A stretch of 124,000 nucleotides of DNA from Hyalangium minutum (GCF_000737315.1 NZ_JMCB01000006.1:20001-144000); one strand, 5' to 3'; shown: positions 102,934 to 113,155, numbered from the stretch's first letter. The notes: generated from the sequence alone by a model not told the origin. Program-made: numbers and translations.

Positions 102934-104433
102934 TCACCCGGAATTCCGGTCCAGCTCGGCCAGCACGGGCACACCCAGCCCCCGCTCCACCTGCCAACTC
103001 TCCAGCACGCGTCCGCTCAGCACGTCACGCGCCAGCGCCGCGAACACCGCCAGCACCAGCCCGGCGACGATTCCGCCGATGGCGATGATCAGCGCGTTGG
103101 GCTTCACCGGCTTGCGAGGAAACTCCGCCGGCGTCAGCACCGTGAAGCGGTACTTGAAGGACTTGGCGGCGATGTCCAGCTCCAGCTTCGCCGCGTCGAT
103201 GCGCTTGAGGATCTGCTGCTGCGCGCTCAGCCGGCTCCGGAGCCGGTCCAGCGTCACCGCCGCGCTCGGGTTCTCCGACACCGCGGGCAGCAGGCCCATC
103301 AGCACGCGCTCCAGGCCGTACGGGTCCGGCACGGGCTCGTCCGGGAACGGCAGGGACTTGCCGCCCAGGTCACCGTACTCGGCCAGCAGCTGGCGCTCCT
103401 CTTCCTGCAGCGCCCTCACCTGGGGCGAGCCCTGGCGCAGCGCCGCCACGCGCGTCTCCTGCTCCACCACCTGCGGGTGGTCCGGCGCGTACATCTCGCG
103501 CAGCTGCACCAGCTCGTCCTGCATCTGCGTCAGCCGCTGGTTGTGCTGCACCGTCGCATCCGCGATGGCCCGGCGCTTGGAGCGGATGACGAAGCGCAGC
103601 TGCGCCAGCTCCTGGTCCGTGGAGCCGAAGCGCGGCAGCAAGCGGGGGTCACCCACCGCGCGGCGGCGCTCGATCATGATCGCGGTGAAGGTCTTCTCGA
103701 AGTCGGTGTAGGCCTCCTTCACGGCGTCCTGGGCCTGCTGCTCGTGCTCCTGGAGGATGGTGATGGCGTCCTTGATGCTGTTGAGCTCCTCCTCCTTGCT
103801 CTTCTCGAGGAAGCTCTCCTGCGCCTTCTCCACCAGCTCATAGGCCAGCTGCGGGTCGCCCCAGTCCACGCCGATGGTCACCTTGCCGTCATCGGTGCCC
103901 ACCCAGAGCTTCTTCTCCAGGGTGCCCACCATGGCGTCCATCTTGGCGTCCTCGTCCGGAGGCGCCGAGATGAGCCGCATCACCGAGTCCTTGAACCGCA
104001 GGAGCGGCGGACGCGTGGACTCCCACCGGTCCACCAGGTAGGTGTTCTTGATGATCTTGATCAGGTTCTCCTGGCGAAGCACCGCCTCCGCGGCGGCCTT
104101 CGTCGGCCCATCCACCTCGTTGGCCGGCCGCATGGGGTTGGGCGGATCCGGGTTCAGGAGGTTGGGCCGCTCCGGGTTCACCAAGCCGGGGATGATGGTG
104201 CTGGCGGTGCGGCGCGGCAGCAGCTTGGACTCGGAGTGCCAGGTGCGCGGCAGCAGCTTGGCCGCCAGCAGCCCCAGCACCGCTGTCATCAGGAAGGTGG
104301 CCAGCGCCAGCTTCCAGTGCCGGACCACGGCATTCTTCACGTAGCTGAGGTAGTCGCGGATCTGCTCCCAGTCGAAGATCTGGGCCTGCTCGCGCTCCAC
104401 ATCGGGGAGCCGATCCTCATGAGGTGCGGGCAT
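102934..104433 (-). CDS. epsV: Polysaccharide co-polymerase (Wzc-like, EpsV)
   Basis: Two TMs flanking a coiled-coil domain, YAPDHPQV, PVKPN, LGVPVLAEL. Confidence 0.85.
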   Translation of the reverse strand: MPAPHEDRLPDVEREQAQIFDWEQIRDYLSYVKNAVVRHWKLALATFLMTAVLGLLAAKLLPRTWHSESKLLPRRTASTIIPGLVNPERPNLLNPDPPNPMRPANEVDGPTKAAAEAVLRQENLIKIIKNTYLVDRWESTRPPLLRFKDSVMRLISAPPDEDAKMDAMVGTLEKKLWVGTDDGKVTIGVDWGDPQLAYELVEKAQESFLEKSKEEELNSIKDAITILQEHEQQAQDAVKEAYTDFEKTFTAIMIERRRAVGDPRLLPRFGSTDQELAQLRFVIRSKRRAIADATVQHNQRLTQMQDELVQLREMYAPDHPQVVEQETRVAALRQGSPQVRALQEEERQLLAEYGDLGGKSLPFPDEPVPDPYGLERVLMGLLPAVSENPSAAVTLDRLRSRLSAQQQILKRIDAAKLELDIAAKSFKYRFTVLTPAEFPRKPVKPNALIIAIGGIVAGLVLAVFAALARDVLSGRVLESWQVERGLGVPVLAELDRNSG

Positions 104434-104842
104434 CGCTCTTACCTCCCGGGGTCGCCTCAGCCGCCTTCGCCAACAACCTCACCACTTGCTGAATGAACTC
104501 GTCCTGGGTGAACGGCTTCGTCAGATAGCCGTCCGCCCCCACTTCCTCCGCCTGAGCGCGGTCCAGCAGGGTGCCGCGCGCGCTGATCATCAACACCGGC
104601 AGGCCCGCCAGCTCCGGCTGGCCACGGATGTACTCGCACACGTCGTACCCGGACACGTCCGGCAGCGTCAGGTCCAGGCACACCAGGTCCGGCCGGCTGT
104701 GCGCCAGCTGCTCCAGGGCCGAGCGCCCGTTGGACGCTTCCTGGATGCGCGTGATGCGCAGGGCGTGCAGGAACTCGCCCACCATCTTCCGGAAGAGGGG
104801 CGAGTCCTCTACGACCAGGACCGTGCATTGCGAGACGTCCAT
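104417..104842 (-). CDS. epsW: Single-domain response regulator (EpsW-like)
   Basis: VVEDS, CLDLTLPDVSG, YLTKPF; position in the eps locus. Confidence 0.85.
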   Translation of the reverse strand: MDVSQCTVLVVEDSPLFRKMVGEFLHALRITRIQEASNGRSALEQLAHSRPDLVCLDLTLPDVSGYDVCEYIRGQPELAGLPVLMISARGTLLDRAQAEEVGADGYLTKPFTQDEFIQQVVRLLAKAAEATPGGKSDARTS

Positions 104843-104862
104843 GAACCTTTCCGGGTCCTCTC

Positions 104863-105036
104863 CTAATCGTCGAGCCGCGGCCAGATGACCAACACCATGA
104901 AGGTGTAAACCAGGTTGAAGACGACCATCATCAAGACGGCCTTTTTGACACCCCGGACTTGGTGACGCTCTCGCGCCGCCAGGCTCGGCAACAGAATCAG
105001 CGAGTACAGCACGGACAGCAGGATGAACTTCTTCAT
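104863..105036 (-). CDS. 57-aa two-TM small protein (not in the ORF track)
   Basis: MKKFILLSVLYSLILLPSLAARERHQVRGVKKAVLMMVVFNLVYTFMVLVIWPRLDD fills the epsX-epsW gap. Confidence 0.7.
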   Translation of the reverse strand: MKKFILLSVLYSLILLPSLAARERHQVRGVKKAVLMMVVFNLVYTFMVLVIWPRLDD

Positions 105037-105048
105037 GACCGGGTGGGA

Positions 105049-106299
105049 TTAAAGCCTACCATTCTCTTGCCGGATCACCAATCCGACGCCCATGAACCAC
105101 TTATAGATGGGGTTGGGGTCGATCACGAATTCTCGCAGCCTCAAGAGTCGACCGGACGCCACTACAGCGGCCGACCGAGTGAGCGGCCACTGAACCTTGA
105201 AAGCGAGGCGTTCCTCGCCATCGTTGGCGTGGATGCCGCCGGTGGCCGACTGGGCGGCGGCGATGTCCAGGTTGATCTGGGCCTTGCGGCGGCCCACCCA
105301 CTCGAAGCCGAAGCTCTGCTCGAAGCGGGGATAGTTGAGGGTGGAGAAGACGTCCACGAAGGGGACGTAGCGCGCGGCCAGCTTCGCCTTCACGGGCCAG
105401 TGGTAGCCCACGGGAACGGGGGTGGTGAGAGAGACTTCGCCGATGGGGTGGAGGATGCTCTCGTAGGCCACCGGGAAGGAGTAGCGGATGGGGGAGAGGA
105501 TGTCCTCGTAGGCCAGCGGGAAGGAGTAGCGCTGGAGACGGTGCTCGCCCACGGCCACACCCATGGCGAGGCGGCCTCGGATCAGCGGGTGGAACTGGTA
105601 CTCCACCAAGGGCGAGGCCTGCAGCAGGGACAGGCGCCCGCCGGTGGAGAAGTGCACGTCCCGGCCCCACATCTCCGTGCCCAGCGTGAGGCGGCGGGTG
105701 AGCGAATGGAAGGCATAGAGGCGGAATTCCGGGCCCACCTGCGAGGGCGTCACCCGGTCACCGAACGGGCGCAGCTCCTTGGGCGGATCCAACAGGCCAT
105801 TGATGACGAGCCCCCCCATGAAGCCGATGTACGTGCGCCGGATGCCCAGGATGTCGAAGCCCACCATGTTCTCCGAGTAGACGTACTTGCTGGCGTCCAG
105901 CACGCGCTGCTGTTCGGGAGGGCTCGTCGCGGGGACGCGGAAGTTTTCGAAGGGGAACGCGCCGTAGGTGGTGGCCTCCATGGCCCAGACCTTGAAGCCC
106001 CGGGAGACCTGGTACTCGCCGCGCAGGAACAGGAAGGTGAGCACCTCCAGCGTGGGCTGGGTGAAGGTGCGGCGCAGCAGGAGCTGCGGCTCGAGGATGG
106101 CCTTCAGCTCCATGCGGTTGGTGTAGAGGATGGCCTGGCCGCGCGGGGTGATGACCAGGTCCTCGATGACCGAGCGGTCCTGGGCCTCCGTCAGGCTCGA
106201 CGAGCGCAGGAAGCTCTCCACCCGCAGCTGGGATGAGTAGCGCACGGCGGGAGAGCTCGCCAGCACCATGCCCGTCACCAGCAGGGGAAGGACCGCCAT
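105049..106299 (-). CDS. epsX: Outer-membrane beta-barrel polysaccharide translocon partner (EpsX-like)
   Basis: Signal peptide, amphipathic beta-strands, directly after the OPX gene. Confidence 0.7.
   Translation of the reverse strand: MAVLPLLVTGMVLASSPAVRYSSQLRVESFLRSSSLTEAQDRSVIEDLVITPRGQAILYTNRMELKAILEPQLLLRRTFTQPTLEVLTFLFLRGEYQVSRGFKVWAMEATTYGAFPFENFRVPATSPPEQQRVLDASKYVYSENMVGFDILGIRRTYIGFMGGLVINGLLDPPKELRPFGDRVTPSQVGPEFRLYAFHSLTRRLTLGTEMWGRDVHFSTGGRLSLLQASPLVEYQFHPLIRGRLAMGVAVGEHRLQRYSFPLAYEDILSPIRYSFPVAYESILHPIGEVSLTTPVPVGYHWPVKAKLAARYVPFVDVFSTLNYPRFEQSFGFEWVGRRKAQINLDIAAAQSATGGIHANDGEERLAFKVQWPLTRSAAVVASGRLLRLREFVIDPNPIYKWFMGVGLVIRQENGRL
105442..105531. repeat. 45-bp in-frame tandem duplication inside epsX
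   Basis: Two adjacent copies, 40/45 identical (RYSFPLAYEDILSPI / RYSFPVAYESILHPI). Confidence 0.9.
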
Positions 106300-106305
106300 G
106301 GCGCG

Positions 106306-106932
106306 TTACTCCACCACCACGATGTCGCCGGTGCGCAGCTGGAACGAGGCGCCCTTGCCCTCGGTGCGGCTGGCGGCCTCGTAGTCGAAGCGGATGCGCA
106401 TGGGTACGGGGCTGTCCGGCTGGCGGCGCAGCACGTAGATGCCGTCGGGCTGGGCATAGTCCGTGAAGCCGCCGGCCTGCGCCAGCGCGTGCAGCACGCC
106501 CGAGCCGGGCTCCAGGCCCTTCATGCCGGGGCTCTTCACCTCGCCGAGCACCGCCACCTCCAGCTGCTTGGGCTCGCGCACGTACACGGTGACGGAGGGG
106601 TTGCTCACCATGGGCTTGAGCAGCTCTTCAATCCGGCGCGCGAGCGTCGGCGGTGTCATCCCCGCGGCGTCCACGTCATTGAGCAGCGAGAGGGTGATGC
106701 GCCCATCCTCGCGCACCAGTGTCTCCGGCGTGTCCAGCTCCCGCTGGTTCCACACCTTGATGAAGAGCTTGTCGCCCTTGCGGATGACGTAGCCCTCGTC
106801 CTGGAGCGAGGGCGGCTCGCGGTAGTCGTCCACCCAGATGAAGCGGCCCGGGGTGTAGCAGGCGGCCAGCGCCAGCAGCGCGGCTGGGAGGACTCGGAGG
106901 AGGCTTCGAGAGGCTGAGGTTGAACGGCACAT
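106306..106932 (-). CDS. epsY: Short OPX polysaccharide export lipoprotein (EpsY/Wza-like)
   Basis: PES motif VREDGRITL, SLBB VLGEVKSPG...AGG, GDIVVVE. Confidence 0.88.
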   Translation of the reverse strand: MCRSTSASRSLLRVLPAALLALAACYTPGRFIWVDDYREPPSLQDEGYVIRKGDKLFIKVWNQRELDTPETLVREDGRITLSLLNDVDAAGMTPPTLARRIEELLKPMVSNPSVTVYVREPKQLEVAVLGEVKSPGMKGLEPGSGVLHALAQAGGFTDYAQPDGIYVLRRQPDSPVPMRIRFDYEAASRTEGKGASFQLRTGDIVVVE

Positions 106933-106962
106933 AGAAGAGAGGCTCCGAAGAGGGGCTCCAGC

Positions 106963-108501
106963 TCACGCGGCGGCGGACGGCTGGACACGCGAGCGCCGCT
107001 GGCGCACCACGCGCAGCAGGCCTTGCAGCTCGTCCAAACGCACCGCGCCTGTCACGAACACGAGGACGATATAGAGACACGCGCCCACCACCAGCCGCAC
107101 CGGGCCCAGGTCCACGAGCGCCAGATGGACGCACGTCACAACGCCGCAGACGGCCAGCGTCTTCCCCATCCGGGTGAGGCTCTGCTTGTCGAAGGCGCGT
107201 CCTCCCACGGCCCACACCAGCATCCCCACGGCCACCACCTCGCAGATGAAGAGCGCCAGGGCGGAGGCGCACGCACCTCCCACGGGGCCGAACCACGCCA
107301 GGAAGGGGCGCGCCAGCGTCAGGTTGAGCGTGGAGTTGAGCACCATGGACACCACCGAGGTGCGCGTCACCCACCAGCCCTTGCCCAGCGCCGTGAGCAC
107401 GCTGGCGCACACCATGGCCACATACGTGAGCGCCAGAATCGGCGCCTGCAGCCGCAGCACCGCCGCCGCCGGCAGGAAGGCCTCGCCGTACACCAGCTGG
107501 ATCCACGTCTCCGCGCCCAGCGCGATGGCCAGCACCATGGGGATGGAGAAGGCGCTCACCGCCTCCAGCGTGCGGCGACTCAAGCGGAACAGATCGTCCT
107601 GCGACTGGGCCGCGGCGCGCGCCATCAGCGGCGTCAGCACCCACGTCACCACGGGCGCGGCCATGAGCGTCATGCCCGCGAGGTTCCACCCGGCGCCGTA
107701 CCAGCCCACCTCGGTGGTGTTCGTCAGGAAGCCCAGGAGGAAGATGCCCATGGGGCCGTTGGCCGCCAGCGCCGCCTCGTTGAGGAAGAAGGGCAGCGCG
107801 CCCGTCATCGCCTCCTTCGTGCCCTTCGCGTCCAGGCGAATCTCCAGGCCCGTGTGCACACGCGAGAGCCGGAACAGCACCACCGCCCGCACCACCTCGG
107901 ACGCGAGAATCGGCACGCCGAGCCATGGCAGGGGCAGCCCCAGTGCCAGCACCAGCAGCTGCCCGCCGCCCCACACGCACTTGGTGGCGATGTTGGCCAC
108001 CGAGAGCCCATCCACCCGCTCACGCGCGTGGAGCACCGCCGCCAGCGTGCCGTTGCACCGGAAAAACAACTGATACACGCCCAGCAGCAGCACCAGCACC
108101 CGTAGGTAGTCGGGCTTGCCGTCCAGGTGCATCAGCCCCTGCATCACCCCGAGCAGCGTCACCGCCATGGTGAGCTGGAGCAGCAGCGTGCCGCCGAAGA
108201 ACTCGCTGGCGTGCTGCGGCCGCAGGGCCACCTCCTTGCGGATGTAGACCTCCAGGCCCAGGCCAGCCAGCACGAAGAAGACGGCGGTGAAGCCCTCCGA
108301 GGCCCAGTTGAACTGGCCAAACGCCTCGGGCCCCAGCACGCGCGGCAGCAGCAGGCGCACCGCCAGGGCGATGCCGTACGTCACCATGAGCGAGCTGCCC
108401 AGCTTCACGGCGTTGCGCATGGACGTCGACACGTCCAGCCCCGCGGGCTGCGGTGCCGGAGGAGTCGCCGCGGCGCTCGAATCAGGGGAGGGCGTGGACA
108501 T
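106963..108501 (-). CDS. wzx: Wzx flippase
   Basis: LLPRVLGPEAFG, 12-14 TMs, EVGWYGAG. Confidence 0.88.
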   Translation of the reverse strand: MSTPSPDSSAAATPPAPQPAGLDVSTSMRNAVKLGSSLMVTYGIALAVRLLLPRVLGPEAFGQFNWASEGFTAVFFVLAGLGLEVYIRKEVALRPQHASEFFGGTLLLQLTMAVTLLGVMQGLMHLDGKPDYLRVLVLLLGVYQLFFRCNGTLAAVLHARERVDGLSVANIATKCVWGGGQLLVLALGLPLPWLGVPILASEVVRAVVLFRLSRVHTGLEIRLDAKGTKEAMTGALPFFLNEAALAANGPMGIFLLGFLTNTTEVGWYGAGWNLAGMTLMAAPVVTWVLTPLMARAAAQSQDDLFRLSRRTLEAVSAFSIPMVLAIALGAETWIQLVYGEAFLPAAAVLRLQAPILALTYVAMVCASVLTALGKGWWVTRTSVVSMVLNSTLNLTLARPFLAWFGPVGGACASALALFICEVVAVGMLVWAVGGRAFDKQSLTRMGKTLAVCGVVTCVHLALVDLGPVRLVVGACLYIVLVFVTGAVRLDELQGLLRVVRQRRSRVQPSAAA

Positions 108502-108595
108502 GGGCTCGGCGCAAAGAGGGAAACCGGGCAAGTGAACGACAGCCCCACACCCGCGTCAATTCGCGGGCAGCCCCCCAGCCCCGAGCCCAGGCGGC

Positions 108596-110113
108596 CTAGC
108601 TGGCGCCGTTGCCCGTGATCACCACCGGAACCGTCTTGAGGATCAGTCCCAGATCCGTCAGCAGGGTCCAGTTGTCGATGTACTGCATGTCCAGGTACAT
108701 CCACTCCTCGAAGGAGATCTGATTGCGGCCGGAGACCTGCCAGATGCAGGTGAGACCCGGACGCACGGACAGGCGGCGGCGCTGCCAGGCAGCGTACTTC
108801 TCCACCTCCTTGGGCAGCGGCGGACGCGGGCCCACCACGCTCATCTCACCGCGCAGCACGTTGAGCAGCTGAGGCAGCTCGTCAATCGAGTACTTGCGGA
108901 TGAAGCGGCCGATGGAGGTGATCCGCGGGTCGTTCTTGATCTTGAAGACGGGGCCGCTCTGCTCATTGAGCGCCTCGAGCTTGGCGCGCAGCTCCTCGGC
109001 GTTCACCACCATGGAGCGGAACTTGAGCATGTCGAACGGCTTGCCGTGGAGGCCGACGCGCTTCTGCTTGAAGAAGATGGGGCCGCGCGAGGTGAGCTTG
109101 ATGCCCACCGCCACGGAGATGAGCAGCGGCGAGAGCACCAGCAGGCCCGCCGCCGAGGAGATGATGTCGAACAGGCGCTTGATGGCCATCTGGTGCGGCC
109201 GAGGCTGGTACGAGACGAAGTGCAGGTAGCCGTCGGACACCGCGTGGTTGTGCTCCGGGCGGGCCCGGTCCATGCGGAACGGGTGCGCCGGCAGCGCGAA
109301 CGGAATGCCGAAGCGCTCGCACAGCTTGATGGCCGCCTGCATCTCCACGCCGTGCTTCTGCACGTTGCCCGAGATGTAGACGACATCCACCGGCACGCGG
109401 CAGAGCACCTCTTCCAGCTGCTCCACCTTGCCCAGCAGCGGCTGCGGCGAGTTGGGATTCACCTTCTCGCTGCCGAAGGCCAGGTAGCCAGTGACGCGGC
109501 GGCGGCCGTGCTCGGCCAGGTGCTCGCCCGTAAGGCGGCCCATGGCGCCCAGGCCGAGGATGAGCGCCTCGTCGATGGGCTCCTCGCGCACCGCGAGCCG
109601 GCGGAACACAAAGTGCCGCAGCCCCACCACGCTCCCCCAGAGCAGCAGCGGGAAGAACGTCAGCGCCACCACGGGGTAGCCGCCTGCAATCAGCAAGCGC
109701 TCCAGGTAGAGCATGAAGGTGATGGACACCACGGTGATGGACACCAGCGCCAGGTCATCCAGCGGCGCCCGGTCCGAGAACCGCGGGTCATACAGGCACA
109801 GCGCGGTGCCCAGCAGCAGCCAGCCCAGCCCCGCCATGCCCAGCAGCAGCCACAGGTCCAGGTTGCCCACTTGCAGCTTGTGCCCCATCAGCAGCGTGGA
109901 GCCCAGCAGCGCGCCCACCACCAGGAACAAGTCCACCAGCAGGTTCAGCTTCGCCGCGAAGCCCGGCGCCAGCCGTCCCCGAGTGGCCTTGGCCGCCAGC
110001 GCAGGCACCGCCATCATCCGCGAGGGCTCGGGGGCCGGCACCACGGCAGGCTGAACGGGCGCCGCCGGCTGCGGATTCTCGGAGACTTCTTTCTGGACCG
110101 ATGCGGATTGCAT
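108596..110113 (-). CDS. epsZ: Polyprenyl glycosylphosphotransferase (EpsZ/WbaP-like)
   Basis: IKRLFDI, KFRSM, DPRIT, SIDELPQL, GEMSVVGPRP, PGLTCIWQ. Confidence 0.93.
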   Translation of the reverse strand: MQSASVQKEVSENPQPAAPVQPAVVPAPEPSRMMAVPALAAKATRGRLAPGFAAKLNLLVDLFLVVGALLGSTLLMGHKLQVGNLDLWLLLGMAGLGWLLLGTALCLYDPRFSDRAPLDDLALVSITVVSITFMLYLERLLIAGGYPVVALTFFPLLLWGSVVGLRHFVFRRLAVREEPIDEALILGLGAMGRLTGEHLAEHGRRRVTGYLAFGSEKVNPNSPQPLLGKVEQLEEVLCRVPVDVVYISGNVQKHGVEMQAAIKLCERFGIPFALPAHPFRMDRARPEHNHAVSDGYLHFVSYQPRPHQMAIKRLFDIISSAAGLLVLSPLLISVAVGIKLTSRGPIFFKQKRVGLHGKPFDMLKFRSMVVNAEELRAKLEALNEQSGPVFKIKNDPRITSIGRFIRKYSIDELPQLLNVLRGEMSVVGPRPPLPKEVEKYAAWQRRRLSVRPGLTCIWQVSGRNQISFEEWMYLDMQYIDNWTLLTDLGLILKTVPVVITGNGAS

Positions 110114-110467
110114 GCCAAGCTCCCCACGACCCGGGATCCTCCCCCGGAGTGACACCGCCCACCTGCGAGAGTGGGCAAGAAATCACGGCACCACCACGCT
110201 CTGGACCCGCGAAGATTGTATGGGCCTGTGAAAAGTGCACGCAAGCACGTGAAAAATTACGGACTTCCTCCCACCTGACAGGCGGGGTGCTTGTTTGCCG
110301 ATCGGAAATTCGCCCCTACTCCCGAGCACTTGCGGCTCTGATTGTCGACAGTGATCAGTATGTATCAATCCAGCCGAAGAGGACCTGATAGGTCGTCTCC
110401 CCTGGCCGCTACCAGGATTTCTCTGGAAGTGTTTTGTCGGGATTTTCCGGTTCTGTAAATTTGGAGG

Positions 110468-111496
110468 CTAAGAAAACGGAGCGAGGATGCGCTCGACGTA
110501 GCGCTCCACGGAGAAGTCCCGCTCGGCCTTCTCGCGGGCGCGGCGGCCCATGGCCTCGGCCTCCTGGGGATGATCCAGCAGCCACTGCAGGCGCTCACGC
110601 AGTGCTACAGGATTGCCCGGCTCCACGTGGAAGCCCGTGACGCCGTCCTCGATGAAGCCCTCGACGTACGGGTTGCGCGTGAGGATGACGGGCTTGCCCA
110701 TGGCCATGCCCTCCAGGGCCACGGTGATGCCGCTGATGATGGGGCGGGCCAGGGGCACCACCACCACGCGGGACTCGGCGTAGAGCTGGCGCAGGTTCGC
110801 GTAGCTGCCCCACGAGCGCATCTCCACGTTCGGCGGCAGCATGGCGCTCTGGGTCTCGCCCTTGTTGGCCACCGAGTAGCGCCAGATGGTGTCCGCGGCG
110901 ATCTTCACGTCCGCGTCCAGCCCCGTGGCCGCCTCAATCAGCGTGCCGTAGTCGCGGTTCACCGCGCCCGCCGCGCATACCTGGCGCTTGAGCGGCGTCT
111001 CCGGCTGGGGCTGGAAGTAGGCCGTGTCCACGCGCGAGTAGATGACGCTCACCTTCTCGCGCGGAATGCCGTAGTGCTCCACCAGCACCTTCTGGCTGTG
111101 CGGGGACAGGCACAGCACGTGGTCCACGCGCCGCTGGAGGCCCAGCTTGGAGAGCGCCAGCCAGCGCTTCTTGCTGGACACGTTGTGCACCAGCAGCACG
111201 ATGCGGCGCTTGCGGCGGCTCATCACCGCGTCGCACGCGAGGAACTGGAGCGCGGGGAACTCCTCGGCGAGAAAGAGGTTCTGGCGCTCGCGCGTCTCCT
111301 TCCACGCGGCCAGGGCGAAGCGGGCGCAGTCCACGTTGGACGCGGGGTTCATCCCCCGCTGCGCCATGGAGACCACCTGGGTGAAGGCCCCCTGGCTCAT
111401 GGCCGCGAACTCCAGCATGGGGCCCTTCTTCTCCAGCGCATCGGTGACGCGGCTGACGGGCTCACCCACGCCGATGTATGCGGAGTCTTGGGGCAT
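110468..111496 (-). CDS. GT4 family glycosyltransferase
   Basis: RDYGTL, GITVALEGMAMGKPVI. Confidence 0.85.
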   Translation of the reverse strand: MPQDSAYIGVGEPVSRVTDALEKKGPMLEFAAMSQGAFTQVVSMAQRGMNPASNVDCARFALAAWKETRERQNLFLAEEFPALQFLACDAVMSRRKRRIVLLVHNVSSKKRWLALSKLGLQRRVDHVLCLSPHSQKVLVEHYGIPREKVSVIYSRVDTAYFQPQPETPLKRQVCAAGAVNRDYGTLIEAATGLDADVKIAADTIWRYSVANKGETQSAMLPPNVEMRSWGSYANLRQLYAESRVVVVPLARPIISGITVALEGMAMGKPVILTRNPYVEGFIEDGVTGFHVEPGNPVALRERLQWLLDHPQEAEAMGRRAREKAERDFSVERYVERILAPFS

Positions 111497-111508
111497 GCCC
111501 CTCCTCTA

Positions 111509-113137
111509 TCACGAGCCCTCGGTGGGGCGCGCTGGCAGAGAGACCGTGAAGACGGTGCCCACCCCCTGCTCGCTCTGCACCTCGATGTCTCCCCCGAGCC
111601 GCCGGACGATGTCCCGGCTGATGGAGAGCCCCAGCCCCGTGCCCGTCGTCATCCCCTTCGTGGTGAAGAAGGGCTGGAAGACGCGCGACAGGTGCTCCGG
111701 GGCAATGCCCGGCCCCGTGTCCGCCACCTCGACGATGGCCCGGTCTCCCGCTCGAAGGCTGGTGACGCGGATCTCCCGCCGGGGGCCCTTCCAGTCGGAC
111801 AGGGCCTGCGCCGCGTTGATGATCAGGTTGCTGAAGACCTGGGAGACGCGCCCCGGTGTGCCCTTCACCTGGATGCCGTCGGACAGCTCCACGACGACCA
111901 TGGCGGCGGGTGTCGTCTCGGCGCGGGTGATGCGCAGCGCGGAGCGGATGGCCTCGTTCAGATCGAACCACCCCGCCGTCGCGTCATCCATCCGCGACAG
112001 TGCCCGCATGTCCCGGATGATTTCACAGATGCGACGCGTGCCCTCGTACGCCTCGCTCGCAGCCTCCTGGATGGCCTCGAACTCCTCCTGCTCGCGCGGC
112101 CCCCAGCTGAGGGGCTCCCGCGGCTCCTTCGCGTGGGGCTCGTGGTGCAGGGTGCGGCTGAGCAGGTTCAGGCCCTTCTGGATGTACAGGAGGTTGCTGA
112201 GGACAAAGGAGGCCGGGTTGTTGATCTCGTGGCTGATGCCGGCGGCCACCAGGCCCATGGAGGCCATCCGCTCGGAGGCGGAGAGCTGGCCGGCCATGCG
112301 CGCGTTCTCCAGCGCCAGCACGGCATGAGAGGCCAGCAGCGAGGCCCGGTCCAGCTCGCCCCGGTTGAGCGCGCGCATCTCGGAGCGGCGCAGGACGACG
112401 AGCACCCCCAACATCCGCTCCCGCGCGGCCAGGGGCAGCACACAGACGGAGAGCTCCCGAGGCAGCGTCTGAAAGTCCTTGAAGCGCCAGTCCCCGCCCA
112501 GCGGCCCGAGCACCGCGGGCATCTGGTCCCGCGAGAGCATGCGGACCATCCGCTCGCCCAGGGACAGGCACAGCGCGCTCTCCTCCTCGCCCAACAGCCC
112601 CTGGGCGTGCGCCACCTGCAGCTTGCCGTCCGTGTCCGGCAGCGCCAGCAGCGCCGCGTCCGCGGCCATGAACGAGCGCACGCTGTCCACGATGGCGCGC
112701 GGCAGCTGCTCGATGGCGTTCTGCTCGAAGAGGGCCTGGCTCAGCCGCACCAGGTCCGTGGAGACGTTGAAGCGGCGCTTCTCCAGCGCGCGTGACACGC
112801 AGCTGAACAGCTCCTGGAGGTTGAACGGCTTGCGCAGCAAGTCGAACGCGCCGGCGCGCATGCACTCGATGGCGGTGTCCAGCTCCGCGTAGGCGGTGGC
112901 CACCACCACCTCGGTGGAGGGAGACACCTCGCGCACCCGGCGCAGCAGCTCCATGCCGCTCAGGTTCGGCATCCGCACGTCCGTCAGCACCAGGTCGAAC
113001 GAGGCGTCGCGCAGCCGCGACAGGGCCTCCGCCCCGTTGGTGGCCTCGGCCACCTCGTGCCCCTCGAGCGTCAACATCTCGCGGAGCAGCTGACGGATGT
113101 CCCGCTCATCGTCCACGATGAGGATATGTCCCGGCAT
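111509..113137 (-). CDS. REC-GAF-histidine kinase
   Basis: LIVDDE, TDVRMP, SHEINNP, DTGPGI, FFTTK, GTGLGL. Confidence 0.9.
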   Translation of the reverse strand: MPGHILIVDDERDIRQLLREMLTLEGHEVAEATNGAEALSRLRDASFDLVLTDVRMPNLSGMELLRRVREVSPSTEVVVATAYAELDTAIECMRAGAFDLLRKPFNLQELFSCVSRALEKRRFNVSTDLVRLSQALFEQNAIEQLPRAIVDSVRSFMAADAALLALPDTDGKLQVAHAQGLLGEEESALCLSLGERMVRMLSRDQMPAVLGPLGGDWRFKDFQTLPRELSVCVLPLAARERMLGVLVVLRRSEMRALNRGELDRASLLASHAVLALENARMAGQLSASERMASMGLVAAGISHEINNPASFVLSNLLYIQKGLNLLSRTLHHEPHAKEPREPLSWGPREQEEFEAIQEAASEAYEGTRRICEIIRDMRALSRMDDATAGWFDLNEAIRSALRITRAETTPAAMVVVELSDGIQVKGTPGRVSQVFSNLIINAAQALSDWKGPRREIRVTSLRAGDRAIVEVADTGPGIAPEHLSRVFQPFFTTKGMTTGTGLGLSISRDIVRRLGGDIEVQSEQGVGTVFTVSLPARPTEGS

Positions 113138-113155
113138 GATGTCGCGGCCTCTCCC

